Below, piece after piece: positions 52,646 to 62,347 of a stretch of DNA of 64,000 nucleotides. Under the pieces are notes generated by a model. The model did no database searches and had not been told where the DNA came from. It was given only the letters and a program-made list of their open reading frames with translations. The position numbers and the translations under genes were made by a program. This DNA is from an uncultured bacterium. Its GTDB lineage: Bacteria; CSSED10-310; CALFER01. Position 1 is the first letter of the stretch; the number at the start of each line of letters is the position of its first letter. The stretch lies in contig CAYYMM010000001.1 of assembly GCA_964472395.1 (NCBI GenBank), positions 36,069 to 100,068 of the forward strand, read 5' to 3'.

Positions 52646-53920
52646 TCAGCGGATTTCCGTCATTCCGGCCATGTAAGGCAGGAGTGCATCCGGAATGCGA
52701 ATCGAACCGTCGCGTTGCTGATAGTTTTCAAGAATCGCGATCATGGTTCGGGGCATTCCGAGTCCGGATCCGTTGAGTGTATGAACGAATTCCGGTTTTC
52801 CTTTTTCTTCGCGGCGGAACCGGATATCGGCACGCCGGGCCTGGAAAGATTCGAAATTCGAGCAGGAACTGACTTCGAGCCATTCCCGGCATCCCGGTGC
52901 CCAAAGCTCGATATCGTATTTTTTCGCCGCAGTGAATGAAAGATCGCCGGCACAGATATCGATGATGCGATGAGGGATTCCAAGTTCCATGCAGACGTGT
53001 TCAGCGTCGGACAGAAGCGATTCGAGTTCATCGTAGCTGGTTTCCGGTGAGACAAATTTAACGAGTTCGACCTTGTCGAACTGGTGCCCCCTTTTGATGC
53101 CTCGGACATCCCGCCCGGCAGACATTTTTTCCCTCCGGAAACACGCTGTATAGGAAACATATCGTCTGGGAAGCGTTCCTGGCTCGAATATCTCGCTCCG
53201 GTGCATATTGGTCACGGGAACCTCTGCGGTCGGAACAAAGAAAAAATCATCTTCATCGTCGCGGTAGAGATTGTCGCCGAATTTGGGAAGTTGTCCCGTC
53301 CCGAACATACATTCGCGTCGGACCATGTAAGGGGGATAGATTTCGGTATAGCCGTGCTTGAGCGTGTGGAGGTCGAGCATGAAGGCGATGACGGCACGTT
53401 GCAATCTAGCGCCGGCACCCTTGAGGATATAGAAGCGCGAGCCGGATATCTTCTGCCCGCGTTCGAAGTCGATAATGCCTAAGTTTTCGGCGAGTTCCCA
53501 ATGTGGTTTGGGTTCGAAGTCAAACTCAGGGAGTTTCCCGACGATCCGGATCACGCGATTCTCATCTTCCGATGCGCCGTCCGGGACGCTGCTGTGCGGC
53601 AGATTCGGCATCTGAAGCATCCATGATTCCTGACGGGCATCCATATCCGCAAGTTCCTTGTCCATACCATCGATCCGATCCCCGACTTCACGCATTTCGA
53701 CGATTTTCCGTTGCCGGATGTCGGGGTTCTTTTCGATGGAGATTTCTTTCGAGACCCGATTGCGGATGGCTTTGAGTTCTTCGAGTTTGACGATCAGGGT
53801 GCGACGATCGACATCGATCTGGAGGATTTCATCGATGGGAGCTTCGACATGAAGGCGTCGAAGCGCGGTACGGATCAGATCGGGATCTTTTCGTATCAAT
53901 TTGATATCCAGCATAGCCAA
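52646..53920 (-). CDS. serS: Seryl-tRNA synthetase
   Basis: 424 aa. N-terminal coiled-coil arm ([15 protein letters not shown]...) and class II aaRS core motifs. Confidence 0.93.
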   Translation of the reverse strand: MAMLDIKLIRKDPDLIRTALRRLHVEAPIDEILQIDVDRRTLIVKLEELKAIRNRVSKEISIEKNPDIRQRKIVEMREVGDRIDGMDKELADMDARQESWMLQMPNLPHSSVPDGASEDENRVIRIVGKLPEFDFEPKPHWELAENLGIIDFERGQKISGSRFYILKGAGARLQRAVIAFMLDLHTLKHGYTEIYPPYMVRRECMFGTGQLPKFGDNLYRDDEDDFFFVPTAEVPVTNMHRSEIFEPGTLPRRYVSYTACFRREKMSAGRDVRGIKRGHQFDKVELVKFVSPETSYDELESLLSDAEHVCMELGIPHRIIDICAGDLSFTAAKKYDIELWAPGCREWLEVSSCSNFESFQARRADIRFRREEKGKPEFVHTLNGSGLGMPRTMIAILENYQQRDGSIRIPDALLPYMAGMTEIR

Positions 53921-54277
53921 TTACCTCATTTCAACCGGTTTGTTCGCATCATCGACGAAAACGAAAACCGGTTTGTGATTCCGGGCCTCTTCAGGAGTCA
54001 TCATAGCCGAACTCAGGATAATGACCAGGTCTCCTTTACAGAACCAGCGCGCGGCAGCGCCGTTGAGGCAGACAGCGCCGGAATCGCGGCAGCCTTCGAT
54101 GGCATAGGTCTGTATGCGTGCACCGTTGGAGAGGTTCAGAACCTGGACCATCTCGAAAGGCAGTATCCCTGCGGCATCCATCAACCGCGTGTCGATCGTG
54201 ATACTGCCCTGATAGTTCAGATCTGAATCCGTCACCCTTGCGCGGTGAATCTTACTTTTTACCAGGCTGATCAGCAT
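53921..54277 (-). CDS. panD: Aspartate 1-decarboxylase (start trimmed to [13 protein letters not shown])
   Basis: Aligns with PanD from MLxxxLxGKIHRAxVT through the pyruvoyl-forming G-S site (YQGSITID). Confidence 0.88.
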   Translation of the reverse strand: MLISLVKSKIHRARVTDSDLNYQGSITIDTRLMDAAGILPFEMVQVLNLSNGARIQTYAIEGCRDSGAVCLNGAAARWFCKGDLVIILSSAMMTPEEARNHKPVFVFVDDANKPVEMR

Positions 54278-54309
54278 ATGGGTCGCACATCCTCCGATTC
54301 GTTCGTAAC

Positions 54310-55503
54310 TCAATAATCACTGGTCATGATGAGCAGTGGCTTAGATTCGAACGATGTATAGATCGGACGCAACCGATCCTCATTATAGTATTTGGACACA
54401 TCGACCACTTTTTTATAACTCGTGACGATATCGATCGGAACATTGTCGTATGTGCCTTTTCGAATGCTAAGGAGGCGGCCGGTCGTTCCCCGGAGAATGA
54501 GGTCGAGTGCCAGATTGCCGAACGCCATCGGGACGATTGAATCGAGCGCATCGGGATCGCCGCAGCGGATGAGGTAGCCGAGGCGTTGATTGACGACGTG
54601 GATGGGGCGGCTGTTGTTGTATTTCGGAGAGGTTTCGACCAGGAGATTGGCGACCTGGTCGCCGATACCGCCGAGTTTTTTATGGCCGTACTGATCGGTT
54701 TTCTGGCTTTCGAACACCATGTCTCCGCCCTTGAGCCGCGCGCCTTCCGAAACCAGGACGACTGAGTAGCGGCTGGGGTTGGTGAATCGGTCCTGGACGA
54801 GCAGTTCCGTAAGTCTTTCGATACCGAACGGGCTTTCGGGAATGAGGCACCGGTTGGCGGCTCCGGCCATTGTCGGCAGGAGTGCCGTGAACCCCGCATA
54901 TCGCCCGAAGGCTTCGATGATGAGGAATCGTTCGTGCGAACCGGCGGTGGTTCGGAGACTGTGTGTCAGTTGGATAATGCGGGTGACAGCCGTGCTGAAC
55001 CCAATGCAGTAATCCGTTCCCGGCACATCGTTGTCCATGGTCTTGGGGATCGCGACGGTTTTGACGCCTTGTTTGGCCAGGTGCACACCGTAGCTCAAGG
55101 TGTCGTCGCCACCGATCGGGATCAGATACTCGACGCCCAGGAAATCGAGATTTTTAAGGACTTCAGGCGTGAGATCATTGATGTCGTTGGAGTACTGATC
55201 TTTGAGAAAATCAGGTACGGCTCCCTTCGGAATATGGCTCGGACGCGTCCTCGAACTGTGCAGGAATGTGCCGCCCGAACGATGGGCCCGGTTAACGATT
55301 TCCTCGGAAAGAACCTGATAATAGTCGTTATTGTCCGCATGCTTGTCCCGGCTCATACCGACCAGTCCTTCCCAGCCGCGTCGGATCCCGATGACCTTGA
55401 ACCCTTCCCGGATCGCGCGAATCGTCACGGCCCGGATGGCCGGATTCAGACCCGGAACATCGCCTCCACCAGTCAAAATCGCAATGGTCCCTCTCTTTTT
55501 CAT
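54310..55503 (-). CDS. pfp: 6-phosphofructokinase with the pyrophosphate-dependent signature (GGDD and PKTMDND)
   Basis: 397 aa PFK-A fold. GGDDT (Asp where ATP-PFKs have Gly) and PKTMDND (Lys where ATP-PFKs have Gly) are the two residues that discriminate PPi- from ATP-dependent enzymes. Confidence 0.8.
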   Translation of the reverse strand: MKKRGTIAILTGGGDVPGLNPAIRAVTIRAIREGFKVIGIRRGWEGLVGMSRDKHADNNDYYQVLSEEIVNRAHRSGGTFLHSSRTRPSHIPKGAVPDFLKDQYSNDINDLTPEVLKNLDFLGVEYLIPIGGDDTLSYGVHLAKQGVKTVAIPKTMDNDVPGTDYCIGFSTAVTRIIQLTHSLRTTAGSHERFLIIEAFGRYAGFTALLPTMAGAANRCLIPESPFGIERLTELLVQDRFTNPSRYSVVLVSEGARLKGGDMVFESQKTDQYGHKKLGGIGDQVANLLVETSPKYNNSRPIHVVNQRLGYLIRCGDPDALDSIVPMAFGNLALDLILRGTTGRLLSIRKGTYDNVPIDIVTSYKKVVDVSKYYNEDRLRPIYTSFESKPLLIMTSDY

Positions 55504-55625
55504 TCATGCCTCCAATTCAATGACCCGATCTCTGGGCGGTCAAAAAAAAACATACGCCGTTTCCGGATACCAGTATCCGGAAATGAATATTCATACATCA
55601 GTTCGAGCAAAAATTCCAAGAGATG

Positions 55626-55988
55626 TTATTCTTCGACGGCGATTTTCCCGGGGTCGAACGCCAGCCCGATCACGACGACCCCGAACCGCGTTTCGACCCG
55701 TTTGACCTGTCCCGGGATCCGAAAGGTATGGGCATCGAGTGTCATGGTGAGATTGATTTCGCTGTCGGTTGAGAGACTCGGGCATTCGAGCGGTTTGAAT
55801 CGAACGGAGATGCCATCGTCAGATACATCCATCACTTCACCTTTGCAGATCAGAGGAAAATAAACCTCCGCGCCGGGTTCGACAATCTTGCGCTCATACA
55901 TGCGGCGGTCGTTACCGGCATCATCCACTGAAAGGAGGTGCTCGATGCGCTCTTTCGGTCTGTTCTGCGGTTCCTTGATGTTCGACAT
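55626..55988 (-). CDS. PilZ-domain protein (putative c-di-GMP receptor)
   Basis: 120 aa. RRMYER (RxxxR) and DVSDDGISV (DxSxxG) motifs. Confidence 0.65.
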   Translation of the reverse strand: MSNIKEPQNRPKERIEHLLSVDDAGNDRRMYERKIVEPGAEVYFPLICKGEVMDVSDDGISVRFKPLECPSLSTDSEINLTMTLDAHTFRIPGQVKRVETRFGVVVIGLAFDPGKIAVEE

Positions 55989-56116
55989 GGCGGAATCCCC
56001 CTCGTGACGCGATCCGTCGCGCTCTCATATACAGACAATCGTAGCACAGAATTCTATTTTGGCAAAGGTTTTGCTACTAATGGGCGGATTCCTATTTCTT
56101 TTAACAGGAGGTCAAT

Positions 56117-59086
56117 ATGAGGAATGCAATGGTTGGGATGGCGCTGCTCGGAGCGCTGCTGTTGTGTGGCTTTGCAGCACACGCGGCCGAAGTCGGTGAT
56201 CAGCAGGCAGCCTACGATCTGACGGTCTCCAGTGTTCTGGGGGGAAAGTCAGAGGGGTTGGGTATATTCGTGACGGAATCACCGTTGAAGCCGGGTACTG
56301 ACGTCACGACATTGAAACACACCGTGAAGACGATCGAAACGTCCCAGTGGATGGTGTTTATCGATTACCATCCTGGAGCAAACTGGTCGCATGCCTGTAT
56401 GTACGTGTTTATCGATGCGTCGGATGGTTCGATCGAGACGATCCGGGATGTGTGGGCTCCTACAATGCTCAAATCCATGATCCGGAAAACCGGACCGGAT
56501 CCGTTCGGCGGGCAGAACCGGATCGCGCCGAAACCGAAGCGGGTGTCCGAACGCGAAAGTCGTTCCGCTGACAATCTATGGGCCGTCATCCTTTCCGGTG
56601 GATATGACTCGGGCAATAATCATGTCCGTTACTGGAACGACTGTTCCTCGATCTATACGACATTGACGGAAGTGTACGGGTATCTGGATGATCATATCAT
56701 CGTAGCCATTTCAGATGGTACGAATCCTGCCGCGGATCAGTCCAACGGGCAGAATTCGGATCCGGATCTCGATAATGACGGCGACGACGACACAATGTAT
56801 TCCTGCACTCGTGCCAATCTCAGCACCATCTTCGGCAATCTCGCCACAACCCTCGATTCCAGTGATTCGCTGTTCATTTTCACAACCGATCATGGCTCGG
56901 GCCAGTACGGCGTTCCGGGGCAGCCGACCAGCCAGAATCTCTGGAATGGCGAAGAAATCTGGGATTACGAATTTGCCGATCTGCTCGAACCGATCAACTG
57001 CCGGGAGATGTTCCTGACGCTCGAACCCTGTTTTTCGGGTGGATTTGTGAATGACGTCATTGAAATGAATTCAACCGTTGCCCGTGTGATTTCGACGGCG
57101 GCGAATGACCATGAGTATTCCTGGGCGATGGGTCCGGATTACGTGTATGACACGTATGTCTTTCATTGGACTGCGGCCGTGCGCGGGGAAGATGCGTACG
57201 GGAATCCTGTGGATGCCGATTCGAACAATGACGGCGAAGTATCTATGCAGGAAGCTTATAATTACGCGTTGGCAATGGATCAGGATGACGAACATCCGCA
57301 GTATGGCGAATATCCGGCGGGGTACGGCGCTAATGCATCGCTCTTCGGTTCAGGTCCTGTATCGGAAGGCGAGGTCAAGCTGTCGAGAAGTATCTATAAC
57401 TGCGCGGACACGATTCTGGTCGTCGTCGAAGATCTGGATCTCGTCGGGACCGGGACGGTGGATGTACACATCGCGAGCACCACAGAAACGACCCCGGAAC
57501 TTCTCACATTGACAGAGACCGAGGATGGACATTTCGAGGCGACGATGGCAACGGGCACCGGATCCCCTTCGCAGGATAATGTATTGCAGGTGACGGATCA
57601 GGATACGATCACGGTCGAGTACGATGATGAAAACTACGGAGGAACAGGGCCGCAGACGGTGAATGACACGGCAGATGTCGATTGTGTCGGCCCGGCCATC
57701 AGCAACATCGGAAGCGGGCAGGAAACCTTCGAGTCGGCGGTGATCAGTTGGACGACCGATGAGCCTGCGACGAGCCGGATCGAATATGGCACGACGATGG
57801 GTCTTGGTTTGGTGTTCGAAGACACGGAACTCGCGACCAACCATCAGGTCACGCTCGAAGGGCTTGACGATTGCACATATTACTATTTTCAGGTCATTTC
57901 AGTTGATGCTGCGAACAATGCAACCGTGGATGATGCCGGCGGCTCGTTGCATATCTTCCAGACCTGGCAGCTCATGCTGTTTTTGGATGAACCGCTCGAC
58001 AGCAATCCGCTATGGACGGCGCAGGGGCAGTGGGCATTTGGTGTGCCGACCGGTTCGGAGGGCGATCCGACGTCCGGGTACACGGGATCGAATGTCTACG
58101 GTTACAATCTGAACGGTTCGTACCCCAACAATCTCGCGGAAACATATCTCACGACACCGCCCATCGATTGCACCGGCGCTCAGGGAACGATTCTCCGGTT
58201 CTGGAAGTGGCTCGGGGTCGAAAGCGCGACCTGGGATCATGCCTCGGTGCAGATATCAAACAATGGATCCACATGGACGACGATCTGGGATCACACTGGG
58301 TCATCCTTCCAGGATAGTGCGTGGTCTCAGATGGAATTCGATGTATCGGCTGTTGCGGACAACCAGGCTTCGTTCTACATTCGATGGGTCATGGGCGCGA
58401 CCGACGGTTCGGTCGTGTATTCCGGCTGGAACATTGACGACATTCAGTTGTACGCGTCGCAACCTTGTTCCGGTGAAACGCCCACTCCGGGACCTCCGAC
58501 GCCCACACGAACCGCCTCTCCGACGCCTCCCCCCTCCACACCGACTCCGACGCGCACCCCGACTCGAACACCGACGGTAACTCCGAGCGCAGCGCCTCCG
58601 ACGTTTACTCCGACTCCTGCGCCGACCCATACACCCCAGGCGACCCAAACACCAGCGCCGACAGACACACCGGAACCGACGGAGACCCCTGAATTCACGG
58701 CGACACCGACCAGTCCGCCGATTCCGGAAAAAGGCATGGAGTTGATTCTGGACGATCAGGAACTGGCGGCCGGAGATTCCTTCAATCTGCACATGTACCT
58801 CCACAATCCGGATGTCGATTCGTATGTTGCGGACGCCTACATCCTGCTGGATGTCTACGGTAATTACTGGTGCTGGCCGTCCTGGAAATCCCTGAACGAA
58901 GGGTTGGACAAAAAGGTCGAGACGATTCCGGGAATGACATCGATGCATGAAGCGGTGCTCGAATTCGAATGGCCGGCCGGTGTCGGTTCGGCGAACGGTC
59001 TGCAGTTCATTGGCTGCCTGTTCGCGCCGGACACCTGGGACATGATCGGAACGCCTCAGATCATCAGTTGGAGCTACATGGATTGA
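56117..59086 (+). CDS. Secreted multi-domain peptidase: C13 legumain-like (clan CD) catalytic domain, FN3-like domain, MAM/jelly-roll-like domain, PT linker and the shared C-terminal domain
   Basis: 989 aa. Signal peptide MRNAMVGMALLGALLLCGFAAHA. Catalytic dyad context LFIFTTDHGSG and LTLEPCFSGGF matches legumain (FTDHGS, EACESG). C-terminal domain 58733..59086. Confidence 0.8.
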   Translation: MRNAMVGMALLGALLLCGFAAHAAEVGDQQAAYDLTVSSVLGGKSEGLGIFVTESPLKPGTDVTTLKHTVKTIETSQWMVFIDYHPGANWSHACMYVFIDASDGSIETIRDVWAPTMLKSMIRKTGPDPFGGQNRIAPKPKRVSERESRSADNLWAVILSGGYDSGNNHVRYWNDCSSIYTTLTEVYGYLDDHIIVAISDGTNPAADQSNGQNSDPDLDNDGDDDTMYSCTRANLSTIFGNLATTLDSSDSLFIFTTDHGSGQYGVPGQPTSQNLWNGEEIWDYEFADLLEPINCREMFLTLEPCFSGGFVNDVIEMNSTVARVISTAANDHEYSWAMGPDYVYDTYVFHWTAAVRGEDAYGNPVDADSNNDGEVSMQEAYNYALAMDQDDEHPQYGEYPAGYGANASLFGSGPVSEGEVKLSRSIYNCADTILVVVEDLDLVGTGTVDVHIASTTETTPELLTLTETEDGHFEATMATGTGSPSQDNVLQVTDQDTITVEYDDENYGGTGPQTVNDTADVDCVGPAISNIGSGQETFESAVISWTTDEPATSRIEYGTTMGLGLVFEDTELATNHQVTLEGLDDCTYYYFQVISVDAANNATVDDAGGSLHIFQTWQLMLFLDEPLDSNPLWTAQGQWAFGVPTGSEGDPTSGYTGSNVYGYNLNGSYPNNLAETYLTTPPIDCTGAQGTILRFWKWLGVESATWDHASVQISNNGSTWTTIWDHTGSSFQDSAWSQMEFDVSAVADNQASFYIRWVMGATDGSVVYSGWNIDDIQLYASQPCSGETPTPGPPTPTRTASPTPPPSTPTPTRTPTRTPTVTPSAAPPTFTPTPAPTHTPQATQTPAPTDTPEPTETPEFTATPTSPPIPEKGMELILDDQELAAGDSFNLHMYLHNPDVDSYVADAYILLDVYGNYWCWPSWKSLNEGLDKKVETIPGMTSMHEAVLEFEWPAGVGSANGLQFIGCLFAPDTWDMIGTPQIISWSYMD

Positions 59087-59103
59087 TGGTTGACTGACAG
59101 AAG

Positions 59104-59137
59104 GCCCGGATTGCCGATGCATTCCGGGCTTTTTTTT
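59104..59137 (+). terminator. Rho-independent terminator
   Basis: gcccggattgccgatgcattccgggc followed by T8. Confidence 0.8.
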
Positions 59138-59222
59138 CCCATGATATGTCAGGTTCCCCGGCGATCTCCAGTTGATTCGGCAAGACGACCGGATTCTGAT
59201 AGTATGAATAGAAGGATCTCGA

Positions 59223-59945
59223 ATGATCGGTGAAAGAGGGGGGATCAGCATCGCCAGAAACAATTCCGAATTCGATCAGATCATGTATGTTCTGACGCAT
59301 GATTTCAAGGCGGCATGTCGTTCGGTCTATTCATTGAGCGAGTGGATTCGATCGGATCTCGAGCCGCATCTGACGACTCAAACCCGATCATATTTCGAGC
59401 TATTGCAGTCACGTGTTCGCAGTATCCATACCGCTCTCGATGAACTACATGCGTTTTTACGCGCCGACAAAGAGCCCCTCCACATGGAAAGAATCGATAT
59501 CCGGACGATGCTAGATGAGATCATCATGGCGACTGGGTTGCCGGATACGTGTCACATCGAGATTCGTGTCGTGACACAGGAAATGTTCGGTGATCGGGGG
59601 CGGATGGTGCGAGTATTCAAGGGATTGATCGATCGGGCTTTTCAGAACCTTCCTTCAGGAAAGGGGCGCATAGAGATCGAACAGAGTGTATGCGATAATG
59701 GGATCCGGTATGAGATCCGGAACTCGGGACCGCCGATCGATGCGGATGGGGAAAAGACACTGTTCTGGGTTGTCGATCCGGGTGTTCGGACGCATGCTGG
59801 AGGAGGGATCATCACAGGACTGGCACATCCGAAAAAACTCGTGGAATCAATCGGCGGAAGCATCTGTGTTGTGCGCGACGAGCGGGGATCGACGGGAATT
59901 CGGGTTGAATTGCCGAGAGTGACCGGTGGAGGAGACGAGGCATGA
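59223..59945 (+). CDS. Soluble sensor histidine kinase-like protein (dimerisation/H-box plus HATPase_c)
   Basis: H-box-like YVLTHDFKAA. ATPase N- and G-box-like segments (IRNSGPPID, GGGIITGL). No TM segment. Confidence 0.55.
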   Translation: MIGERGGISIARNNSEFDQIMYVLTHDFKAACRSVYSLSEWIRSDLEPHLTTQTRSYFELLQSRVRSIHTALDELHAFLRADKEPLHMERIDIRTMLDEIIMATGLPDTCHIEIRVVTQEMFGDRGRMVRVFKGLIDRAFQNLPSGKGRIEIEQSVCDNGIRYEIRNSGPPIDADGEKTLFWVVDPGVRTHAGGGIITGLAHPKKLVESIGGSICVVRDERGSTGIRVELPRVTGGGDEA

Positions 59946-60409
59946 AAACGCTGACGGTGCTTCTGATCGAGGATGATCCGGTCGATGTGTTGATGGTGCG
60001 TCGCGTTATTGATGATATGAAGGTGGAGGTTGATCTGCATACGACGGACAGCTGTCTTCTGGCGCTTGATCTCCTTTCCGGAGACCTTGCCGGACGAGAC
60101 CTCATTATCCTGCTCGATATCAACCTGCCCCGGATGGATGGTCTCGAGTTTCTCACAGAAATTCGTAAACGCCCAGAAAACAGAGGGGTTCCGGTGATCG
60201 TCATGTCGACATCCGAGGATGTGTTCGACGTGGAGTCCTGTTTTGATGCGGGAATCAGCGGGTACATGGTCAAGCCGTTCGAGTTTGAATATCTGAAGGA
60301 ATTGATCGGGACGATTATCCGATATTGGAGCTTCAGCCTGCTTCCGCATCGGGAGCGTTTTGATCCGACTTTATCGTACAAGCGGAAGAAGAGGAGTTCT
60401 GCTTCATGA
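59942..60409 (+). CDS. Single-domain response regulator (receiver)
   Basis: LLIEDDPVD, LLDINLPRMDG, MVKPF. 4-nt overlap with the upstream gene. Confidence 0.8.
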   Translation: MKTLTVLLIEDDPVDVLMVRRVIDDMKVEVDLHTTDSCLLALDLLSGDLAGRDLIILLDINLPRMDGLEFLTEIRKRPENRGVPVIVMSTSEDVFDVESCFDAGISGYMVKPFEFEYLKELIGTIIRYWSFSLLPHRERFDPTLSYKRKKRSSAS

Positions 60410-61335
60410 AGGTACTGTATGTCGAGGATGATCCTGTCGATATTCTGGCTTTTGATCGATTCGTCGATTGTGAGAAACCGGATTGTGAGTGCTTGAAAGC
60501 CGAATCCGTTGCACAGGCGCTGAGCCTGATGGAGGAACACGAGTTCAATGCAGTGATAACGGATTATCGTCTGGGAGACGGTAACGCATTCGATATCCTG
60601 AAAGCGACGCGTCGGTGTCCGGTCATCATCATCACAGGGGCCGGCAACGAGGAAATCGCGATCAATGCCATGAAACTCGGCGCAGTTGATTACGTGGTCA
60701 AAGACATTGACAGAAACTATCTGAAAGCGATCCCCATCATCGTGCAGAATGCGATCAAACGATGGGAGACAGAAAAGCAGAACCGATTGTTGTCACATGC
60801 GATCATGAGTATTACGGATGGCATCTGCATTTCCGATATCAGTGATTCGATCCTGTTTGTGAACCAGGCATTCTGTACAATGCACGAATATCTGACCGAA
60901 GAGTTGATCGGAAAGACGTGTTCCTGTATCTGCAAAGATCGCCAGGAATATGAGAACATTCTCCATATTTTAACCGGTCATTCGGATGTCAACTGGTCCG
61001 GAGAGAGCGTCCATGTGGCGAAATCGGGCCGTTCATTTCCAGTGTTGATTTCCCGCTCCGTTGTGCTCGATCAGAATAAACTGCCGATGGCCCTTGTGAT
61101 GATCTGCAGGGACATGACAGAGATCAAGGCGATTGAAAACGAATCGAACCTGATCGAAAAAACCGAGACACAATCGATAGATGAACCGCAGGCGGCCATG
61201 TCGGTGTGCATCGGATGTGGATCGGTTCATGAAGCTGACGGGGCGTGGATTCCGATCGTTGAAATGTTGAAGAGACTTAGTGGATTGACGCACCGATATG
61301 ATATCTGCCCGGATTGTCGATCCAGGATGGCGTGA
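60406..61335 (+). CDS. Response regulator receiver, PAS domain, and C-terminal CxxC-x28-CxxC zinc-ribbon-like motif
   Basis: Receiver (LYVEDDPVD, VITDYRLGDG, VVKD). PAS-like core (ITDGICISD...VNQAFCTMHEY). C-terminus CIGCGSVHEADGAW...ICPDCRSRMA. Confidence 0.7.
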   Translation: MKVLYVEDDPVDILAFDRFVDCEKPDCECLKAESVAQALSLMEEHEFNAVITDYRLGDGNAFDILKATRRCPVIIITGAGNEEIAINAMKLGAVDYVVKDIDRNYLKAIPIIVQNAIKRWETEKQNRLLSHAIMSITDGICISDISDSILFVNQAFCTMHEYLTEELIGKTCSCICKDRQEYENILHILTGHSDVNWSGESVHVAKSGRSFPVLISRSVVLDQNKLPMALVMICRDMTEIKAIENESNLIEKTETQSIDEPQAAMSVCIGCGSVHEADGAWIPIVEMLKRLSGLTHRYDICPDCRSRMA

Positions 61336-62347
61336 CTTGAATCTGGATTCATTCATCGAAGCTTTGGCTGATGTCAATATCGGCTTGCTGGCATTCGAGA
61401 CGAATCCTGGCACAATTCGGCTGTGCAATCAGCGATTTCGAGATTACTTCAATATTGAGGATGACCGTCAGTTGCCGGGATTGCTCACGTGCATTCTGAA
61501 TGATCTTACGGTGAACTCGAGAGGGAACGACGATGCTCCAAGGCGTCTCGTTTGGGAGAAAACCGTTCTGTATATCAAATTGTTCGACGCCGGTGATTTG
61601 ATGTGGATCATCGTGCAGAATGCCACGGAGCGGGAGCAACTGGAGGCGATTGCTGGGGCGATCAATATAATGGATAACATCGGACACATCTTTTCGGGGT
61701 TGCGTCACGAAATCGCCAATCCGCTGAATACGATCAAAATGACCATGAGCGTTTTAAAGCGTAACTTCGATGCGACTCCCAAACCGAAGATCTTGAACTA
61801 CATCGATCGAACACTCGAAGAAATCCTTCGCCTGGAGGATCTGCTTCAATCGCTTAAAAGCTATGGAATGTATGATAATCCTACTCCTCTTGTTCTTGAT
61901 GTTTCGAGTTTTATCGGGAAATTTCTAGCTCTGATCGAAAGCGATCTGATCGCGAAAGGAGTGAAGATCAAGATCATCACGAGAGGACGATTGTTTGCGT
62001 GGATGGATCCGAGAGCACTTCAGCAGGCCATGCTGAATGTCGTCACAAATGCGCTCGATGCATTGGAAAAAACCAGGTTTCCGCAGATCGTCATCAGTGC
62101 GCTCCATATTTCTGACCGGATCGTACTGAAAGTCAGGGACAATGGTTGTGGTATGACCGAAGCTCAAATACGAAATCTCTTCAAACCATTTGTAACCTCC
62201 AAGTCGCGAGGCACCGGTCTGGGGTTGGTCATTACCCGAAAGAATCTCATGAAACTGGGCAGTACAATCGGTATTCAAAGTGAAGAAGGGCAAGGAACCA
62301 CCGTTATTCTGACGATGCCGGAGGCCAGAATTGATGAAAAAAACTGA
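61298..62347 (+). CDS. Sensor histidine kinase (PAS-like N-terminus, HisKA, HATPase_c), cytoplasmic
   Basis: H-box FSGLRHEIANPLNTI. N-box VTNALDA. G-boxes VRDNGCGMT and GTGLGL. Confidence 0.8.
   Translation: MISARIVDPGWRDLNLDSFIEALADVNIGLLAFETNPGTIRLCNQRFRDYFNIEDDRQLPGLLTCILNDLTVNSRGNDDAPRRLVWEKTVLYIKLFDAGDLMWIIVQNATEREQLEAIAGAINIMDNIGHIFSGLRHEIANPLNTIKMTMSVLKRNFDATPKPKILNYIDRTLEEILRLEDLLQSLKSYGMYDNPTPLVLDVSSFIGKFLALIESDLIAKGVKIKIITRGRLFAWMDPRALQQAMLNVVTNALDALEKTRFPQIVISALHISDRIVLKVRDNGCGMTEAQIRNLFKPFVTSKSRGTGLGLVITRKNLMKLGSTIGIQSEEGQGTTVILTMPEARIDEKN

Noticed and set aside
58733-59086. Assigning the shared C-terminal domain to the T9SS type A/B CTD or to PEP-CTERM
   Set aside because: The conserved blocks (ILLDVxGxYWxWPSW, WPAGxGS, terminal WSY) do not match the motifs I recall for those families, and no T9SS or exosortase genes are nearby. 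It is left as an unassigned domain.
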